A stretch of DNA of 64,000 nt from assembly GCA_965140445.1 (NCBI GenBank), contig OZ223236.1, forward strand, positions 2,304,001 to 2,368,000, written 5' to 3'. This document shows positions 31,612-40,682 of the stretch, piece by piece (the stretch's first letter is position 1; the number at the start of each line of letters is the position of its first letter). Below the pieces are notes generated by a model, which was given only the letters and a program-made list of their open reading frames with translations, searched no databases and was not told the DNA's origin. The position numbers were made by a program, and so were the translations under genes. Origin of the DNA: Candidatus Ozemobacteraceae bacterium (GTDB lineage Bacteria > Muiribacteriota > Ozemobacteria > Ozemobacterales > Ozemobacteraceae).

Positions 31612-33429
31612 ATGAAAAGCAAATTATTAGCTGTTTTTATTGTTATTTTGGCTTTATATGTTGTTGGACCTGTTTTGGCTCGACCATTATATATTGATGG
31701 CACGCACCGATTAAATGAAATAGGGAAAAATCTTGGCAAGCCAAGTTTTAAAAATGTTTCCCGAACTCGCAGAGTTGCTCATGAAATAGGCGAAAAGAAA
31801 GACTTTTGGACTTTTAACTTTGCCAGCAATACCTGGGAAATAACTCCTGCTGAGTTAAAGGTTGTTGGCAAAACCCATTTTATCTATCTTGAATCAGGAA
31901 AAGACTTTTCTCCTGAGCGCCTTGAATCTCTAAAAAATGAATTTGATAATGTGATTTATCCAACAACCAGTGAATATTTTGGGCATGAGGCCAAGCCAGG
32001 AATTGATGGCGATAATGAAATAACAATACTCCTAATGGATATAAAAGATGACTTTGAAACTTCTGGAGTGTACACCAGCGGCTATTTTAATCTAGGTGAC
32101 TGTTACCGTCCGGAGGAAATTCCAGAAGGATCAGATTTAAAATCAAATATGAGGGAAATGCTTTATGCAGATATAAATCCCTCAGATATTTCCAGCAAAG
32201 AGTTCTTTGCTACAATCGCTCATGAACTTCAGCATCTAATTCATTTTCACAACGATTCAAAAGAATATAGCTGGTTAAATGAAGGTTGCTCACAAATTGC
32301 TACTTATCTTTGCGGCTATGGGCATCCACGTCAGATAGAAGCCTTTAAGAACTGCCCAGACAATAGTTTGATTGCCTGGGCAAGATGGAATCAGGTTGCG
32401 AACTATGGCCAAACCTATTTGTGGAACTTTTATCTTCTAGAGAGATTTTTGGATACCAAAAAAAGTCGGGTAGAATTTTTTCATAAGCTTGTTTCTGACC
32501 AGAAGCAGGGAAGAGAAAGCTATGACAGCCTTTTAAAAGATTTTAAAACCAGCTTTGAAGAACAATTTAAGAATTTTTGTATTACAAATTTCATTAATCG
32601 CAAAGAACTTTCGCCAGCAAAACTTGCCTATGGTAAAGAGTTGCCAGGTTTTGTATTGCCAGCAACCGCATATCTTGAAAGTCTTCCAAACATGTTTATT
32701 GATTCCGTAAGCTTGTGGGGCGCAGATTTGGTAAAAGTTAATCTTAAAAGCGCAAGAGAGAAGATTAATGTTAGCTTTGCAGGGGATTTAAAGATTCTAA
32801 AAAATAGCTTTTATGTTAGTCTCATTTTTCTTAACGAGGGAAAAAATAAGGTCTTAAAAGTTGAAGAAATGAAAAATATCAGCTCGACAGACAGTCCCTT
32901 GAACAACATTTCAATGGTTATGTTCCCTGGCGACAATAATGGTGGCTATAACCCTCCGCCTCCGCCCCCGGTAAAAACGCAGATGGGCCAGGTAGAAATA
33001 GAAGTTCCCGTTGATGCGGATATGCTTTATATCGTTATCATGGGGCGCTCACCAGAGGATATTCAGGATACTCAACTCGGTTGGGAAGGCAAGGCCAGAT
33101 ATAGAGTTGATGTTAAAACGACTGGTGAAAATAGAATTATTCCAGTTTCACAACCTTTGACTGAAAACCGCCTGAATGTTTTGGTTTCAAACTATGTTTC
33201 TTTGACTGATTCTTATCTTATGACTTTATCTGATGAAAATGAAAGAATCAAACTTCTAGAATCTGTTAACGCCGAACTTAAGAGTAATTTAACTGAAAGT
33301 CTCAGATTGGGGTCGACGGAGGAAAACAAAAGTGCCTTGCAGATTTTAACCAGCTTTTCAGAACCGCAGGTTGCGCCATTAATAAAATTCTACGATAAGC
33401 AAAAAAAATATATTGAAATGAATAAATAA
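31612..33429 (+). CDS. Secreted zinc metalloprotease (M30/hyicolysin-like)
   Basis: Signal peptide from ATG 31612, GYF, TIAHELQHLIH, WLNEG; internal PPPPPP linker. Confidence 0.78.
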   Translation: MKSKLLAVFIVILALYVVGPVLARPLYIDGTHRLNEIGKNLGKPSFKNVSRTRRVAHEIGEKKDFWTFNFASNTWEITPAELKVVGKTHFIYLESGKDFSPERLESLKNEFDNVIYPTTSEYFGHEAKPGIDGDNEITILLMDIKDDFETSGVYTSGYFNLGDCYRPEEIPEGSDLKSNMREMLYADINPSDISSKEFFATIAHELQHLIHFHNDSKEYSWLNEGCSQIATYLCGYGHPRQIEAFKNCPDNSLIAWARWNQVANYGQTYLWNFYLLERFLDTKKSRVEFFHKLVSDQKQGRESYDSLLKDFKTSFEEQFKNFCITNFINRKELSPAKLAYGKELPGFVLPATAYLESLPNMFIDSVSLWGADLVKVNLKSAREKINVSFAGDLKILKNSFYVSLIFLNEGKNKVLKVEEMKNISSTDSPLNNISMVMFPGDNNGGYNPPPPPPVKTQMGQVEIEVPVDADMLYIVIMGRSPEDIQDTQLGWEGKARYRVDVKTTGENRIIPVSQPLTENRLNVLVSNYVSLTDSYLMTLSDENERIKLLESVNAELKSNLTESLRLGSTEENKSALQILTSFSEPQVAPLIKFYDKQKKYIEMNK

Positions 33430-33485
33430 AGGTTAGATGGATTTATTCTATTTAGTCTGACTAAACTGTTAGAATAGAGGATCAA

Positions 33486-34250
33486 TTGCGTATTATTTTC
33501 AACGAGGAGTTTTACAATTCCGATTACGCGTCGGACAATGCTTCACTGCCCGGAAGGATGGAAGCTGTTATGTCTGCGTTCAAAAACCGATCCAGATATT
33601 CGGTTGTAGCTTCTGGCGCAGCACGAGAAGAGGATATTCTTAGAGTTCATACGATAGATCACTTTAAGAAAGCTAAGGAAGATGCTGCTCTTTTTAACAT
33701 GGCTATGCTTTCAGCTGGGGCAGCATGTAGTGCGGCAGAATACTCTTGTTTTAATAGTGAGCCGGTTTTTGCCTGTGTTAGGCCGCCGGGGCACCATGCT
33801 TCTCGCGATTCATCATGGGGATACTGTGTTTTTTGCAATGTTGCTGTAGCTTTAAGCCGTTTAAAAGAAAGAGGCGGAATAAAAAGTGCCTTTGTCCTGG
33901 ATTTTGACGCTCACACTGGAGATGGAACCATTGATTGCCTAAAAGATTGGCCAGAAGCAATTTTGTTCAATCCTTATGCTGATGATAACTTAAAGTATAT
34001 TTCTTTGTTGGAATCAAGGTTAGCGGAGATTGATTTTGTTGATATAGTTGCTGTTTCTGCTGGGTTTGATAGCTATATTCTTGATGTGGGAAGAAAATTG
34101 GAGACTTTCGATTTTTACCAGATAGGAAGATTGCTGAAAAAAACATGTATGCGAATGGGTCACAACAAAAGATTTGCAGTTCTTGAAGGGGGATATTATC
34201 ACCCGGATCTTGGAAAAAATGTGAGTGCTTTTTGTGATGGTTTTGAATGA
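33486..34250 (+). CDS. Short histone deacetylase-family (Zn-dependent deacylase) protein
   Basis: RPPGHHA, GYCVFCN, DFDAHTGDG, SAGFD, LEGGY. Confidence 0.9.
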   Translation: MRIIFNEEFYNSDYASDNASLPGRMEAVMSAFKNRSRYSVVASGAAREEDILRVHTIDHFKKAKEDAALFNMAMLSAGAACSAAEYSCFNSEPVFACVRPPGHHASRDSSWGYCVFCNVAVALSRLKERGGIKSAFVLDFDAHTGDGTIDCLKDWPEAILFNPYADDNLKYISLLESRLAEIDFVDIVAVSAGFDSYILDVGRKLETFDFYQIGRLLKKTCMRMGHNKRFAVLEGGYYHPDLGKNVSAFCDGFE

Positions 34251-34262
34251 GGAGTTATTTAA

Positions 34263-34571
34263 GTGGAAGAGCTAAAGTTTCAGGTTTTACCAAAAGACAA
34301 GCCAGAATCACCATATACCTGGATAAACATTGATCTGGGTGCAGACATGGTCGGAAAAGCCCGGGTTATAATAGAAACAGATCGCCTGATTATTTGCTCT
34401 ATAATGGTTTTCCCTGAGTTTCAAAGGCGTGGGATTGCCAGAAGAGCTATTATGAAATTCAAAAATGAATATAAGGTGCTTATTGCAGATAGAGTGAAAG
34501 CCGGGGCGGTAGCATTCTGGTTGGCAATGGGATTTACTGACGATTGTAATGGAAATTATAGTTTCAAGTAA
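34263..34571 (+). CDS. Small GNAT family acetyltransferase
   Basis: VFPEFQRRGIA, AVAFWLAMGF; SD GAGGAG. Confidence 0.78.
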   Translation: MEELKFQVLPKDKPESPYTWINIDLGADMVGKARVIIETDRLIICSIMVFPEFQRRGIARRAIMKFKNEYKVLIADRVKAGAVAFWLAMGFTDDCNGNYSFK

Positions 34572-34573
34572 TC

Positions 34574-34903
34574 TCAATCAAGTTTTAGTCTAAAAGCAAC
34601 TTCCAATTCTTTTTTTTGCTTGTCATCAAGCCAACCAATCGCATCTGGAAATACCTTATTAATATGGCATTTATAAAATCTGTAATAATGTGGGTTTATT
34701 TTCAGCATTTTTTCGACATCAGAAAAGTTATGAAAAACACCAGCAAGCCTTCCATCACCAAGAGCATCCCAGACAATGTAAACAGATTCTTTTTCACAAA
34801 TCTTCTTTTTTCTCAATCTAATAGAAAGCTGAAACATGGCATCAGAGAACCATTCTCTCAGGCTTTTTCGGGGTGAAGGGGTAACAGCTTTTTTGTTTAT
34901 CAT
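34574..34903 (-). CDS. Hypothetical protein
   Basis: 109-aa ORF fitting exactly between neighbours; TAAAAT 6 nt before ATG. Confidence 0.6.
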   Translation of the reverse strand: MINKKAVTPSPRKSLREWFSDAMFQLSIRLRKKKICEKESVYIVWDALGDGRLAGVFHNFSDVEKMLKINPHYYRFYKCHINKVFPDAIGWLDDKQKKELEVAFRLKLD

Positions 34904-35007
34904 ACTTAAATTTTATTGCTTAAAAATCATTCCAACCAGATTTTTTTGAAAAATTGTCATGTTGAATTTTAGTTTAACAAATCGAGACGTTAAATGAACC
35001 ATTTTTT

Positions 35008-36369
35008 CTATTGAAGTTTATAAATAGACATACCAACCCTATCGGATACATAAATACTACCGTCAGGACTTTTGTAAATATCATAGTTTCTTGTTTCTTT
35101 TTCTGGGGACTTTAGCCATGCCCAGGCTTTTCCATTTTCAAGATAGATTATCGATTTCCCGCATGAAACAAGAAAGCCACCTGCATATTCAATCATCTGG
35201 CTTTTTCTGCTTATTGTATAAACTTTTTCAGCAGGTCTGCCATAAGCATCCTGGGAGAATGTAAATTCATCAGTCATTTCAGTAGTTTGTCCAGGAAGCC
35301 CAATAGGAATATAGGTTCCAGACGCAGCAATTTTGCAAATAGATCTTGCTGTAATACCCGCTACTGGCCCGTAATAATCAAGAATATAAATATTGCCATT
35401 GGAATCAACCGAAAAATAGCCAGGATAAGATTTGTAATCTAGCCTATCGAAGCTGTCCAAAACATTAATTCTTCCTTCAGATGCGCATAAAACTTGCCCT
35501 TTTGTGGTTAATATGTAAAGCTTATTTCCGACTGTTTTGGTGGAGTATGGGACACAAAATGTAGCGCTGGCATAGCTTACTCCATCAATGGTAGTAGTCG
35601 ATGGGTAGCCATCCATTCCTATAAAAAGCTCTACATTTTTGGTTTCCGGGTTAGCTTTATAAAGGCAACTACCACTAAAACCCATTATGCCACCGTTAAA
35701 CCATTCCATTAGGACTAAGCTGTAATCCCCAACCTTAAAAGCACTCCATGGTCCATAGTCAGTTCCTGTTGAAACGTTGATTAGATTTTCTTCAGAATTA
35801 ACTGTAATGAGCTCGTTTTTCTCATTGAAAAATATTGATCCATACGAAAATGATCTAGTCGAAATTTTGGATAGAGTTTTTCCATCAAGAGTTTTGGTTG
35901 AGGAAACCTGATGAAATGGAATGATTGCTGAGAACCCAGACGGAGAAGGGTAGCAGATCAAGTTTACCGTTGCGCTTCCAAGGGAAGCACTGCCATAGAA
36001 AGATTTTACTCCTTCAACATTCCCGCCTTCGATTTTTGTGAATACTCTTGCTGTTCCAGTTTCAGGAACAGAGTAAAAGCTTAAAGAGGCCGTGCCAGAA
36101 ACTACATTGACAACTTTTTTTTGAGCAAGTGTATCATTTATATAAAGAGTTGCTTCCACATTTGGTGAAGAAATATTGTTTAAAACATTACTTTTTAGGG
36201 TTTTATCTGGAGTTAAAAATGAAACTATAATTTTGGAGTTGCCTGTTAAACCATTGGGTTGATTTGTATCTGGCAATGGAGAAATATTATTTTCATCATG
36301 GGTTGAGCAACCCAAAAATCCCAAAACGCAAAGGCAAGATAGTATTAGTGTAAATAAAGAGTGTTTCAT
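35008..36369 (-). CDS. Lipoprotein with probable C-terminal beta-propeller (NHL-like repeats)
   Basis: Lipobox FLGC; FSVDSNGNIYILD and SPDGSIYVSDR repeats. Confidence 0.65.
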   Translation of the reverse strand: MKHSLFTLILSCLCVLGFLGCSTHDENNISPLPDTNQPNGLTGNSKIIVSFLTPDKTLKSNVLNNISSPNVEATLYINDTLAQKKVVNVVSGTASLSFYSVPETGTARVFTKIEGGNVEGVKSFYGSASLGSATVNLICYPSPSGFSAIIPFHQVSSTKTLDGKTLSKISTRSFSYGSIFFNEKNELITVNSEENLINVSTGTDYGPWSAFKVGDYSLVLMEWFNGGIMGFSGSCLYKANPETKNVELFIGMDGYPSTTTIDGVSYASATFCVPYSTKTVGNKLYILTTKGQVLCASEGRINVLDSFDRLDYKSYPGYFSVDSNGNIYILDYYGPVAGITARSICKIAASGTYIPIGLPGQTTEMTDEFTFSQDAYGRPAEKVYTISRKSQMIEYAGGFLVSCGKSIIYLENGKAWAWLKSPEKETRNYDIYKSPDGSIYVSDRVGMSIYKLQ

Positions 36370-36569
36370 TTCCTAAATTCCTTTGAAAATAAGATTTTGA
36401 AATACTAACAAGGGATGTTTGATTTTTCAAGAGGAAAAGTCCTGTTAATAGGAGTTGTATACGACTTTGCTCTTGAGATAACCTGCCAATTCCACATATA
36501 AGTTAAAACAATTGCTAATTTTTGACTTAATTGAAATTTTGAGATGATTAAAGTCAATTCTTACAATAA

Positions 36570-36598
36570 TTGTTTTTATGTATGACCGACTCTATAAT
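36570..36598 (+). promoter_or_regulatory. Sigma70-like promoter upstream of the ABM gene
   Basis: TTGTTT-17 nt-TATAAT. Confidence 0.45.
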
Positions 36599-36705
36599 AG
36601 GAATTTACTCGAATTAAATTCAGAGCTAAATACTCTTTCCATACAATCGGGAAGCCTTGGATTGGCGGTTTTTTCCCTGTAACTTCCGAAAGGCTGAAAA
36701 TTACA

Positions 36706-37290
36706 ATGAACAATAAATCAAATCAGGCTTTAGTTTCTTCTCCAGACGAAGGCGCTACTGTTGTCATTAGTCAAAGAGTTTATGAGCATAAGCATGCCGA
36801 TTATGAAGACTGGCTTAATGAAATTGCTCCCTTATGCAGGGCTTCTGAAGGGTGTTTGGATTGGCATATTATTCGTCCTGTTCCTGGTTTGTCTGAAACT
36901 TTTACTATCGTTGTGAGATTTGACACTGAAGAACATTTACGAGGATGGATTGAGTCACCTGTCCGAAAACGTTTGATTGAAAAAGCTCAGCCTCTATTGG
37001 TGACTGGAGATGATTTCTTTATCAGTAGTGGATTAGATTTCTGGTTTGCTCCAGATGAAGCTAAAGCTAAGATTCCGATAAGGTGGAAGCAATATTTGGT
37101 CACCTGGTCTGCAATTTTTCCGTTGGCACTACTGGTTCCAACGGTGTTGTTTCCATTTCTAAGGTTTTTGGGAATACCGCCTAATCACTATTTTGATGCT
37201 TTTGCTACAAGCGGAACGATAGTTTTTCTTATGGTATATCTGGTAATGCCACGTTACACAAAGCTTCTTAGGAACTGGCTTTTTAAATGA
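36706..37290 (+). CDS. Antibiotic-biosynthesis-monooxygenase (ABM) superfamily protein with C-terminal membrane helices
   Basis: YEDW, RFDT.EHL..W..SP.R, SGLDFWF, RWKQ.LVTWSAIFP, MVYLVMP.YT. Confidence 0.82.
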   Translation: MNNKSNQALVSSPDEGATVVISQRVYEHKHADYEDWLNEIAPLCRASEGCLDWHIIRPVPGLSETFTIVVRFDTEEHLRGWIESPVRKRLIEKAQPLLVTGDDFFISSGLDFWFAPDEAKAKIPIRWKQYLVTWSAIFPLALLVPTVLFPFLRFLGIPPNHYFDAFATSGTIVFLMVYLVMPRYTKLLRNWLFK

Positions 37291-37300
37291 GATTAGGGTT

Positions 37301-37615
37301 TTAAAAACTGCCAAGCTTTCTTATTAAAAACAGGAAACCTGGAGTGACAAAAGCGTAAACAAGCATCATTAGAACAGGCGAGACTAAAATCACCCAGCTT
37401 AGTATGGAATAAAAAGTTTCAAGATTCTCAGGTAGAAGTTTCCTGACTTCATAAGGGACGAGAGCTGTTTGGGTTAATTTTTTAGGTTCCCAGATTATGT
37501 ATACTGGCAAAAGCGGAACTAATGCAAATAGTGCTGAGCCTTCATAAAAAGCAAGGAAAAGGTATACAAGGTAAAAAGAGAAAGAAATTATTTTAGTTTT
37601 ACTCAGTCTACGCAT
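37301..37615 (-). CDS. Small hypothetical membrane protein
   Basis: 104-aa hydrophobic ORF. Confidence 0.6.
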   Translation of the reverse strand: MRRLSKTKIISFSFYLVYLFLAFYEGSALFALVPLLPVYIIWEPKKLTQTALVPYEVRKLLPENLETFYSILSWVILVSPVLMMLVYAFVTPGFLFLIRKLGSF

Positions 37616-37697
37616 TGCCGAATTGCCTTTTCCTGATTTCTTATGTATATATTACCAAAAATTCTAAATTACTGAAAATTAATCAAGGAAAGCAGCC

Positions 37698-38141
37698 ATG
37701 AATTCCAGGAGCTATTCACAAATTTTACTGAATCATCTGAAACGATCGTTTGAATTATCAAGAGAATTAGTTGAAGGATTGTCCGAAAGCGAACTTGAAC
37801 TTAAACTAAAGAATTTACCTTCAAATACAATTGGACAACAAATTTGGTGCATGATTGGGGCACGGGAGAGCTATTTGAAAGCAATAGAGAAAGGTGGTTG
37901 GGCGGGATTTAGCTGCTCGTTGACCAATGCTTCTTCAAAGGATGATGTTCTAACCTGCTTAATCAGATCTCAAAATGATTTTCTTAATTTTCTTCAAGAG
38001 CGCGAGTTAGACGAAGGGCAAGTTGAATATCTGGTAACCTTGCTGGAGCATGAAATACAACACCATGGGCAGTTGATACGTTATTTTTATGCCAACAAGC
38101 TGATTTTTCCCAAAAGCTGGAACGATAGATATACCGTATAA
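37698..38141 (+). CDS. DinB-family protein
   Basis: SNTIGQQIWCMIGARESY, LLEHEIQHHGQL. Confidence 0.8.
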   Translation: MNSRSYSQILLNHLKRSFELSRELVEGLSESELELKLKNLPSNTIGQQIWCMIGARESYLKAIEKGGWAGFSCSLTNASSKDDVLTCLIRSQNDFLNFLQERELDEGQVEYLVTLLEHEIQHHGQLIRYFYANKLIFPKSWNDRYTV

Positions 38142-38185
38142 GATACTGAAAAATTATTTTCATTCTGGCAATCAGTTAAAATTTT

Positions 38186-38281
38186 TTATACATGTGTTTT
38201 TTGTTGTCGCTGGTTTATCTTGCACCTAATTCTTGTTATTGCTTGCAAAGCGACTCCAACGCTGCTTTTTGCAATGATAAT
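38186..38281 (-). CDS. Candidate small basic peptide (31 aa, non-AUG start)
   Basis: GGGAGG SD 9 nt before ATT; reads IIIAKSSVGVALQAITRIRCKINQRQQKTHV*; no in-frame ATG. Confidence 0.3.
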   Translation of the reverse strand: MIIAKSSVGVALQAITRIRCKINQRQQKTHV

Positions 38282-38426
38282 TTTGAAAAACCTCCCGCTA
38301 AATTTGATTTTTTCCTAAAAAAGAGAATGTATTAACTCAAAAAAATGCCTTGAACTATTGTCAGAAAGACTTCTGGCAATTATATTGAAAGCATATACTT
38401 TTCTTTAAGGAGTTTAATAATTCACC

Positions 38427-39386
38427 ATGACTACGGGAAAGTCATTCGAAAAGCCCGTTCTTAAGACATTAGAGTTTGTTTCAAGTGATCAGGCATATGA
38501 GATGATCGAAAGAGATGTTTATTGGCCAAAGTGGGAACACCCTTGGTGGGCTATTCTTGCACTTGCAGAGACTGGGAATCTCGAACAGGTTCCACAAGGG
38601 TTGATGATGGAGTTACTGAATTGCGCTGACCGGCAGTATATACATGTTTTTCCCGTTAGGCCAGAGGATGCGCCTGAGGACATAAATGGATACACTGAGG
38701 TTATGTGTTTCTGTTTTTTGGGAAGCCTTTTGAAGGTTGCCTCTTTGATGGAATTAGACTTTTTTGCATACGTGCCATGGGCAAAAGATTGGTTTACTCG
38801 ATATCAACTTCCTGATGGTGGTTATAACTGCGATGAGGTCGCTTATTTGGAGTCCGGGAAAAGTTCATTGGTTTCTACAGTTCCAATGCTTGAAGGGATG
38901 CTTGCCTATCAAAGGTTTATGAATGATGATTCTCTGTTTGAACCGCAAGCTAAAAAAGCCTATGACTACCTGGTAAAGCACAATGTTTTTATGAGTTCGG
39001 CAGGCAAAGAAATTGAGGGCGTGGAATGGGATAAGTTGATGTTTCCACGGTTTTATGAGTTTGATTTCTTAAGAAGCCTTGAGGCAGTACTTGATTATGG
39101 AATCTCAAGGAATGTAGAAATTCCGGAGAAATCGATTAAAGAAGCTGTAAGGCTGCTAAATCAGAAGATTGAAGATAAAATCTTTTTTTCAGAGAAACAG
39201 TGGTTGCGAGAAGAAAAGACAGTTAGTTACACAAGTGAAGCGCCAATTTTGTTTAAAGATAGAGCAAAGGTGCCACTTTTCCTGAATATTATTAATGCGA
39301 GGGAAGAAAATCCATTTGTTAAGGATCTTCTTGAGAAAACTAAAGCTAATCTTGAAACAGCTAAAAGCAAGGGGCTTATAAAGTAA
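38427..39386 (+). CDS. Hypothetical protein, probable prenyltransferase/terpene-cyclase-like alpha-alpha toroid
   Basis: QW-like motif YQLPDGGYNC, YWPKW..PWW, FPRFYEFD; SD AAGGAG. Confidence 0.6.
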   Translation: MTTGKSFEKPVLKTLEFVSSDQAYEMIERDVYWPKWEHPWWAILALAETGNLEQVPQGLMMELLNCADRQYIHVFPVRPEDAPEDINGYTEVMCFCFLGSLLKVASLMELDFFAYVPWAKDWFTRYQLPDGGYNCDEVAYLESGKSSLVSTVPMLEGMLAYQRFMNDDSLFEPQAKKAYDYLVKHNVFMSSAGKEIEGVEWDKLMFPRFYEFDFLRSLEAVLDYGISRNVEIPEKSIKEAVRLLNQKIEDKIFFSEKQWLREEKTVSYTSEAPILFKDRAKVPLFLNIINAREENPFVKDLLEKTKANLETAKSKGLIK

Positions 39387-39391
39387 ATTCG

Positions 39392-39433
39392 AAAAAAAAT
39401 CCCGATCGGCCAAATAGCTGATCGGGATTTTTT
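39392..39433. terminator. Bidirectional terminator
   Basis: AAAAAAATCCCGATCGGC-caaata-GCTGATCGGGATTTTTT. Confidence 0.88.
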
Positions 39434-39448
39434 GTTACAACTTAGAGC

Positions 39449-40672
39449 TTATACTTCAAGTTTTTCGATTGCCATTTTTGTGACTAGAAGCCTTTCGTTA
39501 CCAGCAAACAGGTGTTTGTCTGAGCTTAAGCCGACAAAATTTTTGCCATAGATGTCAAAAATTGAACCTTTAATAGTAATTTCCGGGATTCTACCTACCA
39601 GCTTTTCACCATCGAAAATCATTGCTACCTGAACAGGTGACGCATAGGTTCCATCGGGAGTAAAATCTCCACCGCTGGCTATTCCAATATAAATTCCCTT
39701 TTGGCCATTTAAAAGCTCTTTCAATGATTTGTTTGATGGGACAAGGGTTAATGGCCTTGCGGAAAGGCTAGGAACACCATCGTAGGAGCTTTCCCCGCAA
39801 CCTGTATTTTCGTAATCGAATTTTTTGGCAGTTTGTTTGTCGGTAAATGGGCGAAGGATTTTCCCATCTTTTATTAGAAAAGAAAGCTCTTCAGAAACGA
39901 TTGTTCCTTCAGCATCGAAAGGACGATAAAGAGTTTCTTCTGGATCAGTTTCAAGTTTTAAACTGACATTCTTGTTAAATGCTTCCATTCCGATTTTGTC
40001 AGCAAGCAGAGAGGCTTTATTTCCAACCAATTTGCCGTTCAGGTCTCTATAAAAAACTCTGTTAACTGTGTCCTGGCTAATAATTACAGGGAGAGTTGTA
40101 TCCAGTTCGACTTTGTTTGTGTATGCATCAAGGGTTTCGCGGGAAGCCTGGAGTATTTTTTCAGGTTCAAAGCTTCTCTCAGCCAGGCCTATATACGCAT
40201 CCAGAATTCCATTTGAAGTTTTTTCCTTGAAAAGAATAGAAAAATCAAGATAAGAATCCTTATAACTCAAATCAAGGCCGATTTCGTTGCTGATTTTAAA
40301 TTCTCTTTGATTTAAAACGGCCTTTGGAGTGCATAGAAAGTCTGGGTGCGATTGCCCCAAGGCTTCAAGTATCTCTTCAGTTTTTTGAAGAAGTTCTTTA
40401 TCCTGGATCGAAAATCTGGCCATATCAAATTCTTTTTTCAAATTGCCTGTAGGTTCAGCATTATATGGTATTGCATATTTAAGACAGCCCTCTGCTTTAG
40501 CAAAAAGTTCATCTTCATTTACCTGTCCAAGAGCGCCTGCGATGCCAATTTTGCCATCTTTATAGACTCTGCAGCCTGTTCTTAAAATGTTTTTCTTTCT
40601 GATACTTTCAATTTTGCCAAGTTTTCCGCTCAGTGAAGTCTGAATGACTCTTGATACTAGTTTTTCTTTCAT
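39449..40672 (-). CDS. TldE/PmbA-like subunit (second pair)
   Basis: PFDAEG, LIKDG, ASGGDFTPDGTYASPV; lacks HExxxH. Confidence 0.82.
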   Translation of the reverse strand: MKEKLVSRVIQTSLSGKLGKIESIRKKNILRTGCRVYKDGKIGIAGALGQVNEDELFAKAEGCLKYAIPYNAEPTGNLKKEFDMARFSIQDKELLQKTEEILEALGQSHPDFLCTPKAVLNQREFKISNEIGLDLSYKDSYLDFSILFKEKTSNGILDAYIGLAERSFEPEKILQASRETLDAYTNKVELDTTLPVIISQDTVNRVFYRDLNGKLVGNKASLLADKIGMEAFNKNVSLKLETDPEETLYRPFDAEGTIVSEELSFLIKDGKILRPFTDKQTAKKFDYENTGCGESSYDGVPSLSARPLTLVPSNKSLKELLNGQKGIYIGIASGGDFTPDGTYASPVQVAMIFDGEKLVGRIPEITIKGSIFDIYGKNFVGLSSDKHLFAGNERLLVTKMAIEKLEV

Positions 40673-40682
40673 TGTTTTTCTC

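Noticed and set aside
16846..38141. Run of co-oriented unrelated small genes (GNATs, Fos, DinB, DUFs) resembling an integron cassette array
   Set aside because: No repeated attC-like elements, most gaps are under 30 nt or overlapping, and no integrase is in the window
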